From positions 288,001 through 352,000 of the forward strand of contig OZ242214.1 of the NCBI GenBank assembly GCA_965206595.1: a DNA stretch of 64,000 nt, in the 5' to 3' direction. Both the position numbers and the translations under genes were made by a program. The notes under the pieces were generated by a model that worked only from the letters and a program-made list of their open reading frames with translations, was not told the origin of the DNA and made no database searches. This document shows, one piece after another, positions 60,860 through 64,000 of this stretch (position 1 is its first letter; every line of letters starts with the position of its first letter). Source of the DNA: Candidatus Latescibacterota bacterium (GTDB lineage Bacteria; Latescibacterota; UBA2968; UBA8231).

Positions 60860-62652
60860 GGCAGGTTCCGCCGCAGGCTGCGGGTTTCGTCCGGGAAGTA
60901 GCGGGTGGCGATCCCGAGGATCCGCTCGGCGCAGCTCCGGTCCCCCATCTGCATGCAGAGCTCGATCAGCTCGGCGTAGCGGCCGTAATAGTTGAAGGCC
61001 ACCGGATCCACTGAAAGTCCGGTCTCATATGCCTGCCGCGCCCCCTCGCTGTCCCCGACCTGCCTGCGCACGCGAGCCAAGCTGACCCATGCGACGACGC
61101 GATCCGGGGCTGCCTCCACCACGCGTTCGAATACTGCAATCGCCTCCGCGGGCTTTCCCTGGATCGCCATGATCGAGCCGAGATTGAACCAGGCCTGCCA
61201 GTGGGTCGGGTCGCGGGCGACCGCGGTCTGGTACTCCCGCCTCGCCGCCGCGGGGTCCCCCTCCCGCGTGTGCGCCACCCCGAGGTTGAAGTGGATGGCC
61301 GCGTCCCCGTCGAGATCCATGGCGCCGACCCGGAAGTTCGACAGCGGCAGCAACAGGGCGATGCAGAGGGCGGCCAATCCGGCAGCGGTCCGGTTGCCGC
61401 CCCGAAGCTCCGCGGCGAGGCAATGGCCGGCGTATGCGGCATGGATGAGCAGCAGCGGCACGACCGGCAGGCGGTAGCGGGAGGTGACGAAGAAGGCGAT
61501 GACGGAAAGGCTGTACAGGGCGATGAAGAGCAACGGCAGCGAAGCGCCGTCCCGGCGGAACGCGAGCAGGGCGCCGGTCAGCGCCAGTGGAGCGACGATT
61601 CCGAAAGGGAAGGCGATTACCCGCTTCCACAGGGCGAGGCTCAGTATATCGGAAAAGTTGCGCCAGAAATAGATCCCCTGGTTGCGCCCGATCTCGTCGC
61701 CGTGCCAGAACAGGAAGAGCTTCCTGGCCAGCAGCTGGAGGGAGTCCGCGGGGCGGGACCTGATGAACTCCCACGACCGGGAAAAGAAGAAGGCGGATCG
61801 GTCGCTCGGCCGCGTGATCCCGGCCTCCTTGCGCGGCCGGTCGAGGAACTCGTCCCACTCCCACCCCGGCCTGATTCCCACCTCCTCGTCGTAGTTCCCG
61901 TTGTTGCCGAGATAGAAATTCACGCCGGCATTGTAGGAGATGAGAACGGCGTCTCCCCCGATGGCGATGTTGCGCACCGAGACCGGAAGGATGGGGAGGA
62001 GGACACCGAGGGCGAACGCCGCGGGAAAGGCGAGCCGCGGCGCCGAAAGGGGGGCTCCCCGCTCCACCTTTACCCAGATGAAGACCCCGGCCGCGGCGGC
62101 GAAACCGAGCACAGTGGCGACGGTCAGCGACGCCAGGCCGAAGAGGGCGCCGGCGCCGAAGAAGCCCGGGGCCGAGGGATTGCGCAGGCAGCGCAGCAGC
62201 AGGGCGACACCGGCGAGATCGAGAAAGGTGGCCAGGCTCGCCGGCAGGATCTCCCCGTCGAAATAGATGAGGGGCCCGTACATCGCGGCTGCCGCCCCCG
62301 CGGCCAGACCGACGCCGGGATTGAAGATCCGTCTCCCGAGGGACCAGACGAGCAGACAGGTGGCTGCACCGGCGAGCGCCTGGAAGAGACGTACTGCGTA
62401 GAAGAAGGCGTCGCCGCCGATGAAGAGGCGGAAGATCCCGAGGAAGTAGGGATAGAGCGGGGGCTGCCAGAACGGCTCCTGGCCGCGGCCGAGCCAGTTG
62501 CCTGCGGCGATGGCCTGCGCCTGGTTTACGTAGGTCTGCCCGTCGACCGGCGGGTTGGTGAAGGTGGGGGAGTCGTCGATCTCGAAGATGTAGAGGGTGC
62601 GCAGGCACAGGGCGAGCGCGAAGATGAGAAGGGGCGCCGGCCGCGGTTTCAT
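60856..62652 (-). CDS. GT39/PMT-like membrane glycosyltransferase with C-terminal TPRs
   Basis: VDGQTY...FWQPPLYPYFLG, multiple TM helices, NFYLGN, SRYRLP, TPR tail. Confidence 0.82.
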   Translation of the reverse strand: MKPRPAPLLIFALALCLRTLYIFEIDDSPTFTNPPVDGQTYVNQAQAIAAGNWLGRGQEPFWQPPLYPYFLGIFRLFIGGDAFFYAVRLFQALAGAATCLLVWSLGRRIFNPGVGLAAGAAAAMYGPLIYFDGEILPASLATFLDLAGVALLLRCLRNPSAPGFFGAGALFGLASLTVATVLGFAAAAGVFIWVKVERGAPLSAPRLAFPAAFALGVLLPILPVSVRNIAIGGDAVLISYNAGVNFYLGNNGNYDEEVGIRPGWEWDEFLDRPRKEAGITRPSDRSAFFFSRSWEFIRSRPADSLQLLARKLFLFWHGDEIGRNQGIYFWRNFSDILSLALWKRVIAFPFGIVAPLALTGALLAFRRDGASLPLLFIALYSLSVIAFFVTSRYRLPVVPLLLIHAAYAGHCLAAELRGGNRTAAGLAALCIALLLPLSNFRVGAMDLDGDAAIHFNLGVAHTREGDPAAARREYQTAVARDPTHWQAWFNLGSIMAIQGKPAEAIAVFERVVEAAPDRVVAWVSLARVRRQVGDSEGARQAYETGLSVDPVAFNYYGRYAELIELCMQMGDRSCAERILGIATRYFPDETRSLRRNLP

Positions 62653-63398
62653 GGTTCCGACTGTGCGGCCTTCAGCGTCCGGAAGCGCTCGAGGTGGATC
62701 CCGGCGAGCACCTCCCGCCCTGCCCGCAGGTAGAGCTGCGCGATGCGGTAGTGCGCCGCGGCGAGCCCGGGATCGCGCTCGAGGGCGGCGGCATACAGCT
62801 CGAGGGCGCCCCTTGCGTCCCCATCCCTTTCGAGCACCATTCCGAGCCGCAGGTACCCCGGGGCGAATCCGGGAAGCGCGGCGACCGCCTTCTCGAAAAA
62901 CTCCCGAGCCTCGCCGGGCCGGTTCCTGCGCTCGCTGATAACCCCGAGGTCGTAGAACGGCATCTCCTGTTCCAGGCCCAGCTCGATGGCGCGCAGGTAG
63001 GCCGCTTCCGCGGCGTCGTGGTTCATCAGCAGCATGTGCTGCTTGCCGAGATGCAGGAAGTAGGTGCCGTTGCCGGGATCCAGGGCGATGGCCTTCTCGA
63101 TCTGCTCGATTGCCTTGCCTGTCTGCAGGCGGAAGGAGTAGGCGAGCCCGAGCAGGTCGTGGGCTTCCGCCGACTCGGGGGCCAGGCGGACCGCCAGGCG
63201 CAGCTCGGAGATCGCCTGCGCCTGGTCCCGGACTTTCAGGTATCGGCGCCCCCGGGCGAGGTGGAGGGCTGCGGAGTCCGCCGGTGCCAGGGTTTCGACA
63301 GGGGCAGCTGCCCTCGCCGGGGAGGATTCCGCAGCCCCCTGGGTACCGAGGCAGGAAAGCAGGAAAATGCCAGCCAGGAGGGCCGGACGCACGATCAC
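62649..63398 (-). CDS. Secreted TPR protein
   Basis: Signal peptide followed by 34-aa TPRs; GTG start overlaps the upstream stop. Confidence 0.8.
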   Translation of the reverse strand: MIVRPALLAGIFLLSCLGTQGAAESSPARAAAPVETLAPADSAALHLARGRRYLKVRDQAQAISELRLAVRLAPESAEAHDLLGLAYSFRLQTGKAIEQIEKAIALDPGNGTYFLHLGKQHMLLMNHDAAEAAYLRAIELGLEQEMPFYDLGVISERRNRPGEAREFFEKAVAALPGFAPGYLRLGMVLERDGDARGALELYAAALERDPGLAAAHYRIAQLYLRAGREVLAGIHLERFRTLKAAQSEP

Positions 63399-64000
63399 TC
63401 CCCCGTTTCGGTGCCGAGCCGGCGCGACAGGTCCGCGAGGGCGCGCCGCACCCTGTCGTTGCCCGGCTCCAGCTCGAGGGCCCGCCCGTACGCCAAGGCA
63501 GCCATTTCGAGGCGTCCGAGCCGGGCCTGGGCGGCGCCGAGGCTGGCATGGGCGCCCGGGTCGTTCGGACGCAGGTCGATGGCCCTGAGGTACTGGTCGA
63601 CCGATTCCTCGACGTTTCCCAGGCGGAAGAGCACGTGCCCGAGGTTCAGGGGCGCCTCGGCAAGGCCGGTGTCGAGACGGGCGGCGGTCTCGAACGCGGC
63701 GCGGGCGTCGGTCAGCCGTTCCAGCTTCCTGTACCCCCAGCCCAGCCGCGTCCATGCGACCGGATCCTCCGCGTCGATCTCGACGGCGCGCTCGAGATGA
63801 ACGACCCCGTCCGCGGCCTTCCCGGCCTCCAGGAGAAGCATTCCGAGCCCGGTATGGGGGTCCTTGCGGTCGGGCGCGATCGCGATCGCGCGCTGGAACT
63901 CCCGCATCGCGTCCTCCGGCTTTCCGCTCATGGCGTACGACAATCCCATGTGGTAGTGATCCCTCGCCGAGCCCACCAGCACCGCTTCCCCCTGCGAGGG
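63395..64000 (-). CDS. TPR-containing protein, 3' part only
   Basis: TPR repeats; frame appears open to the window edge. Confidence 0.75.
   Translation of the reverse strand, partial: PSQGEAVLVGSARDHYHMGLSYAMSGKPEDAMREFQRAIAIAPDRKDPHTGLGMLLLEAGKAADGVVHLERAVEIDAEDPVAWTRLGWGYRKLERLTDARAAFETAARLDTGLAEAPLNLGHVLFRLGNVEESVDQYLRAIDLRPNDPGAHASLGAAQARLGRLEMAALAYGRALELEPGNDRVRRALADLSRRLGTETGE

Overview
High-GC bacterial window. The gene content suggests an FCB-related host-associated lineage, possibly a Latescibacterota/Gemmatimonadota/Poribacteria-like sponge symbiont; this is inference only. It has four parts. (1) 1-11.2 kb is an AT-richer, decayed accessory island. It holds a vapBC pair whose toxin is cut by a ~510-bp module (HTH + Zn-finger + outward sigma70 promoter) present twice, an ISKra4-type IS with an IS701-type IS nested inside it, a thrice-repeated motif ending at an IS1595-like terminus, and broken cargo genes (nucleoside-deoxyribosyltransferase-like, nuclease-like, FxLYD, collagen-like lipoprotein, WD40 with a T9SS-type CTD). 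(2) 11.3-27.5 kb carries catabolic genes: three PhyH dioxygenases, a GNAT, an extended ECF sigma factor, an enolase-superfamily enzyme, a Gfo/Idh/MocA oxidoreductase, GH51, a deleted GH32, a methyltransferase, a channel, CocE/NonD and a Kelch protein. (3) 27.6-47.3 kb is the best candidate for an undescribed system. Two divergent gene runs encode three paralogous ~930-970-aa secreted, probably beta-barrel proteins with an almost invariant Asp/Asn-rich block, and three paralogous discoidin-like proteins ending in an FSPNGDGVND/FlgD-Ig CTD, around a WGAIK-tailed protein and a GH20. (4) 47.3-64 kb holds envelope/maturation genes (membrane spermidine-synthase-like, PPIase, two SGNH, TPRs, 7-heme cytochrome c, CRTAC1/ASPIC-UnbV, GT39-TPR) and an intact IS630. 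No rRNA, tRNA or CRISPR array was seen. All calls come from motif recognition by eye, with no database searches.
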